A stretch of DNA of 64,000 nucleotides, from NCBI GenBank assembly GCA_964625085.1, contig CAZVAJ010000001.1:1-64000 (forward strand). Reading direction: 5' to 3'. The notes below the pieces were generated by a model. The model was not told the DNA's origin. It saw only the letters and a program-made list of their open reading frames with translations, and did not search any database. Shown one piece after another: positions 18,909 through 29,005 of the stretch. The translations under genes were made by a program, and so were the position numbers. Each line of letters begins with the position of its first letter. Positions within the stretch are counted from its first letter, which is position 1. Origin of the DNA: Candidatus Micrarchaeota archaeon (lineage in GTDB: Archaea; B1Sed10-29; JAJSAI01).

Positions 18909-19709
18909 ATGATAAAAGCAAAAGTCTTTGATGTTGATGGAAAAAGCGTGAAAGAGATAAAACTACCTGAAGTATTTTCTGAACAAGTGCGGTCAGACCT
19001 GATAAAAAGAGCAAGCCTCGCAATACAAAGCGCAGGCTACCAAGCAAAAGGAGTATTCCCACTGGCAGGATTACAAACCAGCGCAGTTTACGTTGGAAGA
19101 AGAAGAAAATACCACCAGATGATAAACAGAGGAATATCAAGATTACCAAGAATCATAGGACCAAAAGGATACATCGGAGAAGTAAGAAGAGTACCCCACT
19201 CAAAGGGGGGTCACAGAGCACACCCCCCAAAAGTAGAAAAGAAAATAGAAGAGAGGATAAACAAGAAAGAAAAAAAGAAAGCCACAGCCTCCGCAATAGC
19301 CGCTACAGCGAACCTAGATCTTGTAGCAAAAAGGGGACACATGGTGAAAAACATTAACAGTGTCCCAATAATACTCACGGACAAAACAGAAGAGATAACT
19401 AAATCAAAACAAATCGTGGACCTACTAATAAAACTCGGCCTAAAAGAAGAACTGGAAAGAACAAGTGAAAAGAAGATAAGGGCAGGAAGAGGAAAGATGA
19501 GAGGAAGGAAGTACAAGAAGAAAAAAGGAGTGCTTATAGTTACAGGGAAAAACGCAGCATTATACAAATCTGCCAGAAACATACCTGGAACAGATGTCTG
19601 CACCGCAAAAGAGCTTAATGCAGACCTGCTCGCTCCAGGCGGAGTACCGGGCAGGCTGACCGTATACACTGAATCAGCCATAAACGAAATATCCAAGAGG
19701 TTCGGTTAG
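18909..19709 (+). CDS. rpl4: 50S ribosomal protein uL4
   Basis: GGHRAHPPK, RAGRGKMRGR, LAPGGVPGRLT. Confidence 0.97.
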   Translation: MIKAKVFDVDGKSVKEIKLPEVFSEQVRSDLIKRASLAIQSAGYQAKGVFPLAGLQTSAVYVGRRRKYHQMINRGISRLPRIIGPKGYIGEVRRVPHSKGGHRAHPPKVEKKIEERINKKEKKKATASAIAATANLDLVAKRGHMVKNINSVPIILTDKTEEITKSKQIVDLLIKLGLKEELERTSEKKIRAGRGKMRGRKYKKKKGVLIVTGKNAALYKSARNIPGTDVCTAKELNADLLAPGGVPGRLTVYTESAINEISKRFG

Positions 19710-19710
19710 G

Positions 19711-19959
19711 ATGAAAATAAAGTACCCCCTCCTATCAGAAAAGGCCGTCGGCCTCATAGAAAAAGAGAACAAAATAGTATTCATAGTTGAAAACCACGCA
19801 TCAAAAGACGAAATAAAAGAAGATATAGAAAAAGAATATAACGTAAAAGTAAAGAGAATTAACGTGGTCAATACACTAAAAGGAGAGAAAAAAGCGTATG
19901 TCCAACTGGCTCCTGAAAGCAGTGCTGTTGACCTGGCAACAAAATTAAAGATACTGTGA
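19711..19959 (+). CDS. rpl23: 50S ribosomal protein uL23
   Basis: SEKA, KKAYVQL; synteny. Confidence 0.95.
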   Translation: MKIKYPLLSEKAVGLIEKENKIVFIVENHASKDEIKEDIEKEYNVKVKRINVVNTLKGEKKAYVQLAPESSAVDLATKLKIL

Positions 19960-19963
19960 TACT

Positions 19964-20680
19964 ATGGGAAAGCCTTTAATTCACCAAAGAAGAGGGAAAG
20001 GGAGCCCTTCGTTCAAAGCCCCAAGTAAAAGATTCAAAGTGGGCGTGGAGTATAGGCCAAACGATGGAAAAGAACTGCTAAGAGGAGAAGTACTAGAATT
20101 TATTGATAATCCTGCTCACACCGCGCTCTTAATGCGCGTTAGGTATGAAGACGGAACAGAAGCAGTAACCCCCGCATCAGAGGGATTATTCCTCGGAGAA
20201 ACAGTATACTACGGGGAAAACGCACCCGCAGAACTGGGAAGCACCCTTCCACTAAGAAGCATACCAGAAGGATTCCCTGTGTACAACATAGAAACCCGAG
20301 TCGGGGACGGGGGAAGTATCATTAGATCCAGCGGGCTTGCAGCATACATAACTTCCAAAGACCAAAAGCATGTTTACGTAAAACTTCCCAGCAAAAAAAT
20401 AAAAAAGTTTAATGCAAATTGCAGAGCAACCATCGGGCTGATTGCAGGTGGCGGAAGAAAGGACAAACCCCTGCTAAAAGCAGGTGCAGCACACTATAAG
20501 AACAAAGTGGCAAGAAACAAATGGTGGCCTAGAGTCCGGGGAGTCCACATGAACGCTGTAGACCACCCATACGGAGGAAAACAGCACCATGGCGCTAAGA
20601 CCAAGAAGGGTAAAGGAGCGCCTGCAGGACAGCACGTAGGATCCTTTGGAGCGAGAAGGACCGGAAGGAGGAAGAGATAA
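19964..20680 (+). CDS. rpl2: 50S ribosomal protein uL2
   Basis: [23 protein letters not shown]. Confidence 0.97.
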   Translation: MGKPLIHQRRGKGSPSFKAPSKRFKVGVEYRPNDGKELLRGEVLEFIDNPAHTALLMRVRYEDGTEAVTPASEGLFLGETVYYGENAPAELGSTLPLRSIPEGFPVYNIETRVGDGGSIIRSSGLAAYITSKDQKHVYVKLPSKKIKKFNANCRATIGLIAGGGRKDKPLLKAGAAHYKNKVARNKWWPRVRGVHMNAVDHPYGGKQHHGAKTKKGKGAPAGQHVGSFGARRTGRRKR

Positions 20681-21072
20681 TGGCCAAAAAAGAATTCAAG
20701 TACAGAGGAAAAACACTAGAAGAACTCAAAAAATTAAGTCTTGAAGATTTCACAAAACTAATTCCGGCAAGAGAAAGGAGAAGCCTCAAGAGGGGATTCA
20801 CAGAAGAAGAGAAAAAACTGCTCAAAAAAATAAGAGCATGGAAAGAGGGAAGCAAGCCCATAAGAACACATGTAAGAGAGATGATCATACTCCCTGAAAT
20901 GGTCGGAAAGGAGATAGCAGTCCACAACGGAAAGGACTGGAACATAGTGAAAGTAAAGCCTGAAATGATCGCAATGCGGCTGGGTGACTTCAGCATTACC
21001 AGAAAACCGGTCAAACACTCCGGCCCAGGAATAGGAGCAACAAGGTCAACCAAATTCGTATCTGCAAAGTGA
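20680..21072 (+). CDS. rps19: 30S ribosomal protein uS19
   Basis: [21 protein letters not shown]. Confidence 0.97.
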   Translation: MAKKEFKYRGKTLEELKKLSLEDFTKLIPARERRSLKRGFTEEEKKLLKKIRAWKEGSKPIRTHVREMIILPEMVGKEIAVHNGKDWNIVKVKPEMIAMRLGDFSITRKPVKHSGPGIGATRSTKFVSAK

Positions 21073-21078
21073 TAAAAG

Positions 21079-21513
21079 ATGAAGTACTCATACCAAGGAG
21101 ACATTACGAAAACCGCCTCAGCAATGGTGAAACAAGTAGATATCAGTAGAAAATTAGCAAGAGAAACATGCAATGCGATAAACGGAATGAAACTAGAAAA
21201 GGCAATTGATTACCTTGAAAAAGTCATAGCAAAAGAAGCACACGTGCCTCTGAAAAGATACAACAAAAAACAGGGACACAGGAAAGGAGGACAACCTGGC
21301 AAGTACCCTGAAAAAACCTGTAAGAACGTAATAAAACTGCTCAAGAACCTGAAAAATAACGCTGAACAAAAAGGACTAGAACCAGAAAAGATGAAAATAG
21401 TACACGCATCAGCATACAAAGCACTTGAAATCCCCAGAGTAAGGCCCCGGGGAAAAGCAAAATCATCCAACATAGAACTGGTTACAATAGAACTGGTTGC
21501 TAAAGAGGTATGA
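21079..21513 (+). CDS. rpl22: 50S ribosomal protein uL22
   Basis: GHRKG..GKYPEK, NNAEQKGL. Confidence 0.96.
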   Translation: MKYSYQGDITKTASAMVKQVDISRKLARETCNAINGMKLEKAIDYLEKVIAKEAHVPLKRYNKKQGHRKGGQPGKYPEKTCKNVIKLLKNLKNNAEQKGLEPEKMKIVHASAYKALEIPRVRPRGKAKSSNIELVTIELVAKEV

Positions 21514-22184
21514 TAATGATAGAAAAAAAGTTCGTTGAAGACGGGATAACAAGAATGCGCGCAAAGGAATTCGTGAAAAACGAAGTAGCAAAAGCAGGTA
21601 TTGTAAACATCAACATACAGAGAACCACACTCTCAACAAGAATAAGCCTGCTGGCAGAAAACCCAGGGATAGTAATTGGAAGGAAAGGCAAGGGGATAAA
21701 AGACCTTGCAGATGTGATAGAAACAAAAATGAAGCTCGAAAACCCCCAGATAGAAGTAAGCAATGTGGATGAGAAAGGACTGGAGCCCGCCATAATCGGC
21801 AACTGGATAATAAGGATGCTTGAAAGAGGATTTAAACCAAAAAGAGCAATGTCAAAAGCATTATACAGGGTCATGTCTGCACATGCCATAGGCTGTGAAA
21901 TAATAGTTAAAGGGGTAGTAAGAGGCAAAGGAAAGAAAGCAGGAAAACTAAGGGTATCTGCAGGATACCTAAAGAAAGCAGGACACGGAAAAGAGCTGGT
22001 AAAAGAGTTTAACGGCAGAGCAGTGCTCAAACAAGGAGTAATAGGAGTCACTGTTAGAATCGTACCCCCTGATGTAATATTCCCAGACAAAATGATCATG
22101 CCTAAAGTAGAAGAGCCAACCGAAGTAAAAGAGGTAGAAGAGAATGGCGATAATAAAAAAGAAAGAACTGAAAGCAATGAGTAA
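21510..22184 (+). CDS. rps3: 30S ribosomal protein uS3
   Basis: KH motif PGIVIGRKG, GVIGVTVRI. Confidence 0.96.
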   Translation: MIMIEKKFVEDGITRMRAKEFVKNEVAKAGIVNINIQRTTLSTRISLLAENPGIVIGRKGKGIKDLADVIETKMKLENPQIEVSNVDEKGLEPAIIGNWIIRMLERGFKPKRAMSKALYRVMSAHAIGCEIIVKGVVRGKGKKAGKLRVSAGYLKKAGHGKELVKEFNGRAVLKQGVIGVTVRIVPPDVIFPDKMIMPKVEEPTEVKEVEENGDNKKERTESNE

Positions 22185-22344
22185 AGAAGAACTAGAAGCA
22201 AAAGAAAAAGAGATCAGGTCAGAAATGATGAGAGAACTGGGAGCAGCAAGAAGCGGTACAAAACCAGAAAACCCCGGGAAAATAAGAGAAATGCGAAGAA
22301 CAATAGCAAGAATAAAAACAGTAATGAGAGGTGCGGCTCAGTAA
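22144..22344 (+). CDS. rpl29: 50S ribosomal protein uL29
   Basis: NPGKIREMRRTIARIKT. Confidence 0.95.
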   Translation: MAIIKKKELKAMSKEELEAKEKEIRSEMMRELGAARSGTKPENPGKIREMRRTIARIKTVMRGAAQ

Positions 22345-22650
22345 ATGGGAGACATCTGTGAAGTGTGCGGACTTCCAAAGGAAATATGCACTTGCGAAGA
22401 AATGTCAAAAGAGGAACAAAAAATCCACGTGTACGAAAAACACGCCCGTGGAAGAAAGTATATGACGATAATAGAAGGCTTTGACCCTTCATTCAACATA
22501 GAAACCCTCACAAAAGAACTGAAACAAGAACTTGCATGTGGAGGGACTTCAAAAGACGGAAAAATAGAACTGCAAGGCCAGCACAAAAACAAAGTAAAAA
22601 AAGCCCTCCTAAAAAGAGGCTTCAAAGAAGAACAGATAGATGTGTACTAG
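22345..22650 (+). CDS. sui1: Translation initiation factor aIF1 (SUI1)
   Basis: CEVCGLP, LACGGT, IELQG. Confidence 0.95.
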   Translation: MGDICEVCGLPKEICTCEEMSKEEQKIHVYEKHARGRKYMTIIEGFDPSFNIETLTKELKQELACGGTSKDGKIELQGQHKNKVKKALLKRGFKEEQIDVY

Positions 22651-22935
22651 ATGCACAAGATAGTCACAGAAGAACTGATAGGAAAAAAAACAAGGATAAA
22701 AACAAGCACCATGCCAGAAATCGTCGGAAAAGAAGGCACAGTAATAAACGAAACAATGAAAACCATAACAATAAAAACAAAAGAAAAGGAACTGATAATC
22801 CCAAAAAAAGAATGCACATTCGAATTTGAGTATCACGGAAAATGGGTCACGGTACGCGGAAAAGACCTCGCGTTCAGGCCCGAAGAACGGATAAAAAAAC
22901 ATTGGAGGAACATGCATGGAAAAATGCGGAGATAA
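22651..22935 (+). CDS. rnp1: RNase P protein Rpp29
   Basis: ELIG, G.V.NET, RPEERI; synteny. Confidence 0.92.
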   Translation: MHKIVTEELIGKKTRIKTSTMPEIVGKEGTVINETMKTITIKTKEKELIIPKKECTFEFEYHGKWVTVRGKDLAFRPEERIKKHWRNMHGKMRR

Positions 22936-23206
22936 AAACTGCCCAACACACGGCACCTTACGGGTAAGGGGCAGTATCCTAGAAGGCAAAGTAGTAAGCA
23001 AAAAGGCAAAGAACACAGTAACCGTAGAAAGGAACTACCTAAACTATGTGCCAAAGTACGAAAGATATGAACGAAGAACAAACAAGATACACGCACACCT
23101 CCCGGTATGCATGCATGACGATATCAATGTCGGCGACACAGTTATCATAGGAGAATGCAGAAGAATAAGCCGGAATAAAACCTTCGTGGTGGTGAAGAAA
23201 AAGTGA
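22916..23206 (+). CDS. rps17: 30S ribosomal protein uS17
   Basis: [24 protein letters not shown]. Confidence 0.96.
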   Translation: MEKCGDKNCPTHGTLRVRGSILEGKVVSKKAKNTVTVERNYLNYVPKYERYERRTNKIHAHLPVCMHDDINVGDTVIIGECRRISRNKTFVVVKKK

Positions 23207-23601
23207 AAGGCATATCAAGCAAAGTAACCGGTGGAGTATCCATAGGCTCGATCATAACCTGTGACGATAACTCCGGAGCAAAAGTACTCAAAGTAATCGG
23301 AAAAGAAGGGTACAGAGGAAGAAAAAACAGAAGAGCCACCATAGGAGTAGGGGATATCCTAATCGCTTCAGTGATAAAAGGAAACGTGAGAATGAGAAAA
23401 AAGAAGGTAAGATGCCTGCTGATAAGACAGAGAAAAGAATACAGAAGAGCAAATGGAATGAGAGTAAAATTTGAAGATAATGCTGCAATAGTTGTAACAG
23501 ACAAAAACGAACCGCAAAGCTCTGAAATAAAAGGGGTCATAGCAAAAGAAGTGGCAGAAAGATTTCCAAAAGTGGCGACAATAGCTAAAAATGTGATGTG
23601 A
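23203..23601 (+). CDS. rpl14: 50S ribosomal protein uL14
   Basis: DNSGAK, FEDNAA. Confidence 0.96.
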   Translation: MKGISSKVTGGVSIGSIITCDDNSGAKVLKVIGKEGYRGRKNRRATIGVGDILIASVIKGNVRMRKKKVRCLLIRQRKEYRRANGMRVKFEDNAAIVVTDKNEPQSSEIKGVIAKEVAERFPKVATIAKNVM

Positions 23602-23602
23602 C

Positions 23603-23956
23603 ATGAAACCAGGAAAACAAAGGAAAAGGATAGAAGAGCTTCCAAAGAACAAAAGAAGGAAACAGGTATCTGCAAGACTATCTAAAGAGTTATCCTCAAA
23701 ATACAAGAGAAGAAACTTCCCGCTAAGGAAAGGAGACAAAGTAAAGATACTGAGAGGAAAACACAAAAACAAAGAAGCAAAAGTACAAAAGATCAGTCTA
23801 AAAGACTACAAAGCATTCTTAGAGGGAATAACAATAAAAAAGAAAGACGGTACAGAAAAACCTCTTCCAATAAGTCCAAGTAACCTTCAGATAATAGAAC
23901 TTGACCTCTCTGACAAAAAAAGAGTAGAGGCACTTGAAAGAAAGATAAAGGGTTGA
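23603..23956 (+). CDS. rpl24: 50S ribosomal protein uL24
   Basis: PGKQRK, RKGDKVKILRG. Confidence 0.96.
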   Translation: MKPGKQRKRIEELPKNKRRKQVSARLSKELSSKYKRRNFPLRKGDKVKILRGKHKNKEAKVQKISLKDYKAFLEGITIKKKDGTEKPLPISPSNLQIIELDLSDKKRVEALERKIKG

Positions 23957-23960
23957 TTAT

Positions 23961-24662
23961 ATGCACACAAAAAGATTGAACGTGCCAAGATCATGGAACA
24001 TACCAAAGAAAGGAGAGGTATGGTCACCAACAACAATGCCTGGAGCGCACTCAAAAGACAAGAGCATACCCCTCATAATAGTAATAAGAGACCTGCTTAA
24101 ACTTGCAGACAACGCAAGAGAGGCAAAGAAAATAATCAAAGAAGGTAATGTTTTCATTGATGGCAGACCCATAAAAAAACCTCGGTTTGGCATAGGGTTT
24201 ATGGACACAATATCAATACCAAAAATAAACAAAGTATACAGAGTGCTATACGACCAAAAAGGCAGGATAACACTAAAAGAGATAGGTGACTCTGAAAAGG
24301 ACTTCAAGCTATGCAAGATTAAAAACAAGACAATACTCAAAAAAGGAAAAATACAGCTCAACCTACACGATGGAAGAAACCAGTTAGTAGAAAACGACGT
24401 ATACAAAACAGGAGATGTACTAAAAATAACAATACCCGAACAGAAAATCATAAAACACATACCTCTAAAAACAGGCTCAATGGTGTACTTAAGCGGAGGA
24501 AAACACGCAGGAATAACCGCAGTAGTAAAAGAAATAATCCCTGGAACAACACTCAGAAAGCCAATAGTAGTCTTAGAGAAAGACGGAAAAGAAATGAGAA
24601 CACTGAAAGAACATGCATTCGCCATAGGAACTGAAAAACCAGAACTAAAAGTAGGTGTGTAA
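23961..24662 (+). CDS. rps4e: 30S ribosomal protein S4e
   Basis: HTKRL, PGAH, QLNLHDGRN, GGKHAG. Confidence 0.96.
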   Translation: MHTKRLNVPRSWNIPKKGEVWSPTTMPGAHSKDKSIPLIIVIRDLLKLADNAREAKKIIKEGNVFIDGRPIKKPRFGIGFMDTISIPKINKVYRVLYDQKGRITLKEIGDSEKDFKLCKIKNKTILKKGKIQLNLHDGRNQLVENDVYKTGDVLKITIPEQKIIKHIPLKTGSMVYLSGGKHAGITAVVKEIIPGTTLRKPIVVLEKDGKEMRTLKEHAFAIGTEKPELKVGV

Positions 24663-25155
24663 ATTGATAACCATAGACAAAGTAGTGCTGAACATAGGTG
24701 TTGGGGCTGCAGGAGAAAAACTTGAAAAAGCCCAAACAATACTTGAGAGAATAGCAGAACAAAAAGCCGTGATAACAAGAGCAAAGAAAAGAATCCCCAC
24801 CTGGGGAACTAGAAAAAAGATGAAAATAGGAGTAAAAGTAACCCTCAGAAAAGAAAAAGCAGACAGGATACTGAGAATGGCCTTTGAAGCAGTAGACAAC
24901 CAGATAAAAGAACAGTCAATATCAGACAATGGAACATTTTCCTTCGGAGTAAAAGAGTACATAGACCTGCCGGGAATAAAATACGATCCGGAAATAGGCG
25001 TTTTTGGCTTTGATGTTTGCGTAAATCTCAAAAAATGGGGATACAGAGTAGACAAAAGAAAGAGAAGACAATCAAAAATGCCTAACAGGCACAGGATAAC
25101 CAAAGAAGAAACCAAAGAATTCATAGAAAAGAATTACGGCGTCAAGGTGATCTGA
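24655..25155 (+). CDS. rpl5: 50S ribosomal protein uL5
   Basis: KVVLNIGVG, KVTLR, YDPEIG. Confidence 0.96.
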   Translation: MCKLITIDKVVLNIGVGAAGEKLEKAQTILERIAEQKAVITRAKKRIPTWGTRKKMKIGVKVTLRKEKADRILRMAFEAVDNQIKEQSISDNGTFSFGVKEYIDLPGIKYDPEIGVFGFDVCVNLKKWGYRVDKRKRRQSKMPNRHRITKEETKEFIEKNYGVKVI

Positions 25156-25326
25156 ATGAAAAACATTAGACCTGTCAAGTACAAACGACCAAGAAGAAAA
25201 GAAGAAGGCAGGGCTTGCATAATCTGCGGAAGGCCCGAAGGACTTGTCAGAAAATACGGGATAAACATGTGCAGACAATGTTTCAAAAGAAAAGCAAAGG
25301 ACATAGGATTTGAGAAATACGACTGA
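25156..25326 (+). CDS. rps14: 30S ribosomal protein uS14 (56 aa, not in ORF track)
   Basis: Manual translation MKNIRP...CIICG...[12 protein letters not shown]...GFEKYD. Confidence 0.95.
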   Translation: MKNIRPVKYKRPRRKEEGRACIICGRPEGLVRKYGINMCRQCFKRKAKDIGFEKYD

Positions 25327-25335
25327 GGTAATCAT

Positions 25336-25719
25336 ATGGATCCAATAGCAGACGGACTCGTGAACCTAAAAAACTGTGAGATGGTTGGCAAAAAAGAATG
25401 CGTGATAAAGCCAGCTTCAAAACTAATGGGCAACCTGCTCAGAATACTGCAAAAAGAGAAGTACATAAACGAATTCGAGTTCGTAGAAAATGGCAGAGGC
25501 GGAGAATACCACATAAAGCTACTGGGAAGGATAAACAACTGCAAAGCAATAAAACCAAGGTACTCCGTCGGAAAAGATGAGTACAACCTATGGGAAAAGA
25601 GATATCTCCCAGCCAAGAACTTTGGAACGCTTATAGTATCAACCCCAAAAGGCCTGATGACCCACAAAGAAGCTAAAAAAGCAGGAACAGGGGGAAAACT
25701 TATAGCATACGTCTATTGA
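25336..25719 (+). CDS. rps8: 30S ribosomal protein uS8
   Basis: GRINNC, YLPA, STPKG, GGKLIAYVY. Confidence 0.96.
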   Translation: MDPIADGLVNLKNCEMVGKKECVIKPASKLMGNLLRILQKEKYINEFEFVENGRGGEYHIKLLGRINNCKAIKPRYSVGKDEYNLWEKRYLPAKNFGTLIVSTPKGLMTHKEAKKAGTGGKLIAYVY

Positions 25720-25728
25720 GGTGCAAAA

Positions 25729-26253
25729 ATGGAGAAAGTAGTACAAATCCCAGAAGGTGTCACGGTCGCACCAGTACCAACCGGATTTAAGGTAGTTGGA
25801 AAACTGGGAGAAATAGAAAAAAACTTTGACATGAGCCTAATAAAAGTGGAAAAACGGGCAGACTCCATCGCAATAATGCTAGAAAAAGAAGAACCAAGAA
25901 GAAAAGAAAAAGCGAAACTTGGCACAATAGCAGCCCATCTTAAAAACATGATAAAAGGAGTAAGTGAAGGATTCCAGTACAAAATGAAGATTATCTACAT
26001 TCACTTCCCAATGAACGTGAAAGTTGAAGGCAACGAAGTAGTGATAAAAAACTTCTTGGGAGAAAAACAACCCAGAAGAGCAAAAATTGTTGGAAACACA
26101 AAGGTGGAAATAAAGGGTAATGAGATCGTGCTCACAGGACCGAATAAAGAAGAGGTAGGACAAACAGCAGCCAACATAGAACAAACAACCAAAACAAGAG
26201 GAAAAGACATAAGAAAGTTCCAAGATGGGATCTACATCACATCAAAAGGATGA
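25729..26253 (+). CDS. rpl6: 50S ribosomal protein uL6
   Basis: HFPM, NFLGEK, FQDGIYI. Confidence 0.96.
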   Translation: MEKVVQIPEGVTVAPVPTGFKVVGKLGEIEKNFDMSLIKVEKRADSIAIMLEKEEPRRKEKAKLGTIAAHLKNMIKGVSEGFQYKMKIIYIHFPMNVKVEGNEVVIKNFLGEKQPRRAKIVGNTKVEIKGNEIVLTGPNKEEVGQTAANIEQTTKTRGKDIRKFQDGIYITSKG

Positions 26254-26606
26254 TATTCATGAAAAAACGCAAAAAGCCAAAGTTTGCAAGGCAAAACGCC
26301 CATAGAAAAGCGAGAGTATCAGAAAGCTGGAGAAAGCCAAAAGGAGAGGACTCCAAACAAAGGCTTAAGAAAAAATACATGGGCGCCCACCCGACACCAG
26401 GTTACGGCCAATCCAAAAAAGTAAGAGGCAAACACCCATGCGGCCTGGTGGAAAAAATAGTACACAACCTAACAGAACTATCCGGACTAGATAAAAAAAT
26501 TCACGCGGTGAGGATAGCTCACCCTGTTGGAAAGAAAAAAAGAACCGAAATAATCAAAGCGGCTGAAGAAAAAGGAATAAAAGTGCTTAACAAGGGTGTA
26601 ATCTAA
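26250..26606 (+). CDS. rpl32e: 50S ribosomal protein L32e
   Basis: WRKPKG, RGKHPCG. Confidence 0.95.
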   Translation: MIFMKKRKKPKFARQNAHRKARVSESWRKPKGEDSKQRLKKKYMGAHPTPGYGQSKKVRGKHPCGLVEKIVHNLTELSGLDKKIHAVRIAHPVGKKKRTEIIKAAEEKGIKVLNKGVI

Positions 26607-27040
26607 TGGAACTAAAACAAGTGAAAAGATTAGCATCCAGAGTAACTGGAGCTGGAGAAAAAAGGATAAAGATACGCGATACAGAAAAAGCACAGCAATC
26701 AATGACCGGAGATGATGTAAGAGCGTTAATAAAGCAGGGGGCCATAGAGGTAGTCCAGAAAAAGGGAGTTAGCAAAGCAAGAGCAAAGAAGATAAAAGCC
26801 CAAAAGAAAAAAGGGTTAAGAAGAGGAAAAGGAAAGAAAAAGGGAGGCAAAAAAAGCAGGACCCCGAAAAAGGAAGAGTGGATGAAGAAAGTTAGGGCAC
26901 TCAGAAGAAAGCTAAAACGAGAAAAACAAAACCTCAAACCAGGAGCATACCAACCACTCTATCGCAGAATAAAAGGAGGCTTTTTCAGAGACAAAGGCCA
27001 CTTAGAACTTTACATGAAAGAAAAGGGATTGAAAAAGTGA
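26606..27040 (+). CDS. rpl19e: 50S ribosomal protein L19e
   Basis: KRLAS, WMKKVRALRR, LYRRIKGG. Confidence 0.95.
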   Translation: MELKQVKRLASRVTGAGEKRIKIRDTEKAQQSMTGDDVRALIKQGAIEVVQKKGVSKARAKKIKAQKKKGLRRGKGKKKGGKKSRTPKKEEWMKKVRALRRKLKREKQNLKPGAYQPLYRRIKGGFFRDKGHLELYMKEKGLKK

Positions 27041-27044
27041 TCAT

Positions 27045-27545
27045 ATGGCACACAAAACAACATACAAAGTTCAAAGAAGGAGAAGAAGAGAAGGAAAAAC
27101 AGACTACCTAAAGCGACTTAACTTACTCAAAGGAGAAAAACCAAGAATGGTAATAAGGATAAGCAACAACCAAGTGATCACCCAGATAATGGAATACTCC
27201 CCAGAAGGGGATAAAACATTGATAACCGCAACAAGCAAAGAATTGCAAAAGTACGGGTGGACAGGACACAATGGAAACTGCAGTGCAGCATACCTCACAG
27301 GATACCTCTGCGGAAAAAAGGCCCTAAAGACAGGCATAAAGGAAGCCGTCCCAGACCTCGGACTTCACACCCCTGTACACAAATCAAATGTTTTCGCGGT
27401 AATAAAAGGCGGAATAGATGCAGGACTTGGGATAAACGCAGATGAAAAAGCATTCCCTGACAAGGGAAGGATTGAAGGAAAGCACTTAAAAAACAAACAA
27501 GATATTGAAGGAATAAAAAAGAAGATAGGTGAACTGAATGCCTGA
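27045..27545 (+). CDS. rpl18: 50S ribosomal protein uL18
   Basis: RRRREGKTDY, AAYLTG. Confidence 0.96.
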   Translation: MAHKTTYKVQRRRRREGKTDYLKRLNLLKGEKPRMVIRISNNQVITQIMEYSPEGDKTLITATSKELQKYGWTGHNGNCSAAYLTGYLCGKKALKTGIKEAVPDLGLHTPVHKSNVFAVIKGGIDAGLGINADEKAFPDKGRIEGKHLKNKQDIEGIKKKIGELNA

Positions 27546-28143
27546 ATGGGTACCAAAAACGAGACTAGGACAGATGGTTGCTAACGGGGAGATAACCAGC
27601 CTGGAAGAGATCTACAACAAGAATCTTGCGATACTAGAACCAGAAATAGTAGACCTATTGGTACCCAACCTTGACCATGAGATACTACAAAAGAATAGCG
27701 TCCAAAGAATCACGAAAAACGGCAGAAGAATCTCCTACAGAGTAGTTACCGCAGTAGGGAACAGAGATGGTTATGTAGGTGTGGGCATAGGAAAAGGACT
27801 TGAAATGAGAAGCGCGATAGACAAATCAATAAAGGACGCTAAAAGGAACATGATACACATAAAAAGAGGTTGCGGAAGCTGGGAATGTGCATGCGGAGAG
27901 GAACACAGCATACCCTTCAAGGTATCAGGAGGAAACTCATCCGTAAAAGTAGAGATATACCCCGCACCAAAAGGAACCGGAATTGTTGCAGGAGGAACCG
28001 CTAAAAGGATCCTAGAACTTGCGGGGATTAAGGACGCGTGGTCAAAAACATTCGGACAAACCACAACAAGAGTAAACTTCGCGCTTGCAACACTTAACGC
28101 CTTAAGGCAGATTAGAAAAATAAGAAAAGTGGATGAAGAATGA
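27538..28143 (+). CDS. rps5: 30S ribosomal protein uS5
   Basis: WVPKTRLG, RGCGSWEC, PAPKGTG. Confidence 0.97.
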   Translation: MPEWVPKTRLGQMVANGEITSLEEIYNKNLAILEPEIVDLLVPNLDHEILQKNSVQRITKNGRRISYRVVTAVGNRDGYVGVGIGKGLEMRSAIDKSIKDAKRNMIHIKRGCGSWECACGEEHSIPFKVSGGNSSVKVEIYPAPKGTGIVAGGTAKRILELAGIKDAWSKTFGQTTTRVNFALATLNALRQIRKIRKVDEE

Positions 28144-28589
28144 TCGCAGCAATAAGAGTAAGAGGACCAACAAAAACAAAATCAGAAATAAATGAGACAA
28201 TGGCATTACTAAAACTGAATAAGCCAAACAACTGTGTAATCCTGCCTGAGACAGACTCAGTAAAAGGAATGCTCCAAAAAGCTAAAGATTACATAACATG
28301 GGGAGAAATAAACAGAGATAACCTCGAAAGACTTCTCTTCAAATGGGGAAGGGTAAACGGAGGAAGACTAACAGAAGAGTACCTAAAAACCATAAAATAC
28401 ACTAAAGGAAAGTTTATTGACGATGTACACAACGGAAAGATAAGACTAAAAGAGGCCGGTGTAAAACAGCCATTCAGACTCCACCCCCCAAGAAAAGGAT
28501 GGGGTAGCATAAAGAAAGGATTTAATGAAAAAGGAGCCCTCGGGTATAGAGGAGACAAGATAAACGACCTTCTTGAAAGAATGCTGTGA
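28140..28589 (+). CDS. rpl30: 50S ribosomal protein uL30
   Basis: YITWGE, FRLHPPRKG. Confidence 0.95.
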   Translation: MIAAIRVRGPTKTKSEINETMALLKLNKPNNCVILPETDSVKGMLQKAKDYITWGEINRDNLERLLFKWGRVNGGRLTEEYLKTIKYTKGKFIDDVHNGKIRLKEAGVKQPFRLHPPRKGWGSIKKGFNEKGALGYRGDKINDLLERML

Positions 28590-29005
28590 GGAGAAAAAAA
28601 ATGAAAAGACAGGCAAAAAAGATACACAGAAAAGGTAGAGGAACAAGAACTGTATTCAGGGGCAATGCAAAAAAAGGCAGAGGAAGAGGTAGCCGTATGG
28701 GAAATGCAAGTGTCAAGTGCAAAGGAGGAGGCGGCCAAAGGAACAAGATGCATATTTACAAAAAACAACCTGAAAGACTTCTTGAAAACAAGGGCTTCCA
28801 CTCCAAAAAACAAAGGATAAAAAGCATAAACCTACGGGACCTCGACTACTCAAAAGAAACAATCAACGTTATAGATGAAGGGTATGAAAAGGTACTCGGT
28901 GCAGGAGAAGTACAAAAGCCTGTAACAGTAATCGCAAAGTTTTTTACTAAAAAAGCAGTTCAAAAGATTGAAGAAGCCGGCGGTAAAGCAATGGTGAAAG
29001 AATGA
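28586..29005 (+). CDS. rpl15: 50S ribosomal protein uL15
   Basis: Gly/Arg-rich N-terminus, KVLGAG, KIEEAGG; precedes secY. Confidence 0.93.
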   Translation: MRRKKMKRQAKKIHRKGRGTRTVFRGNAKKGRGRGSRMGNASVKCKGGGGQRNKMHIYKKQPERLLENKGFHSKKQRIKSINLRDLDYSKETINVIDEGYEKVLGAGEVQKPVTVIAKFFTKKAVQKIEEAGGKAMVKE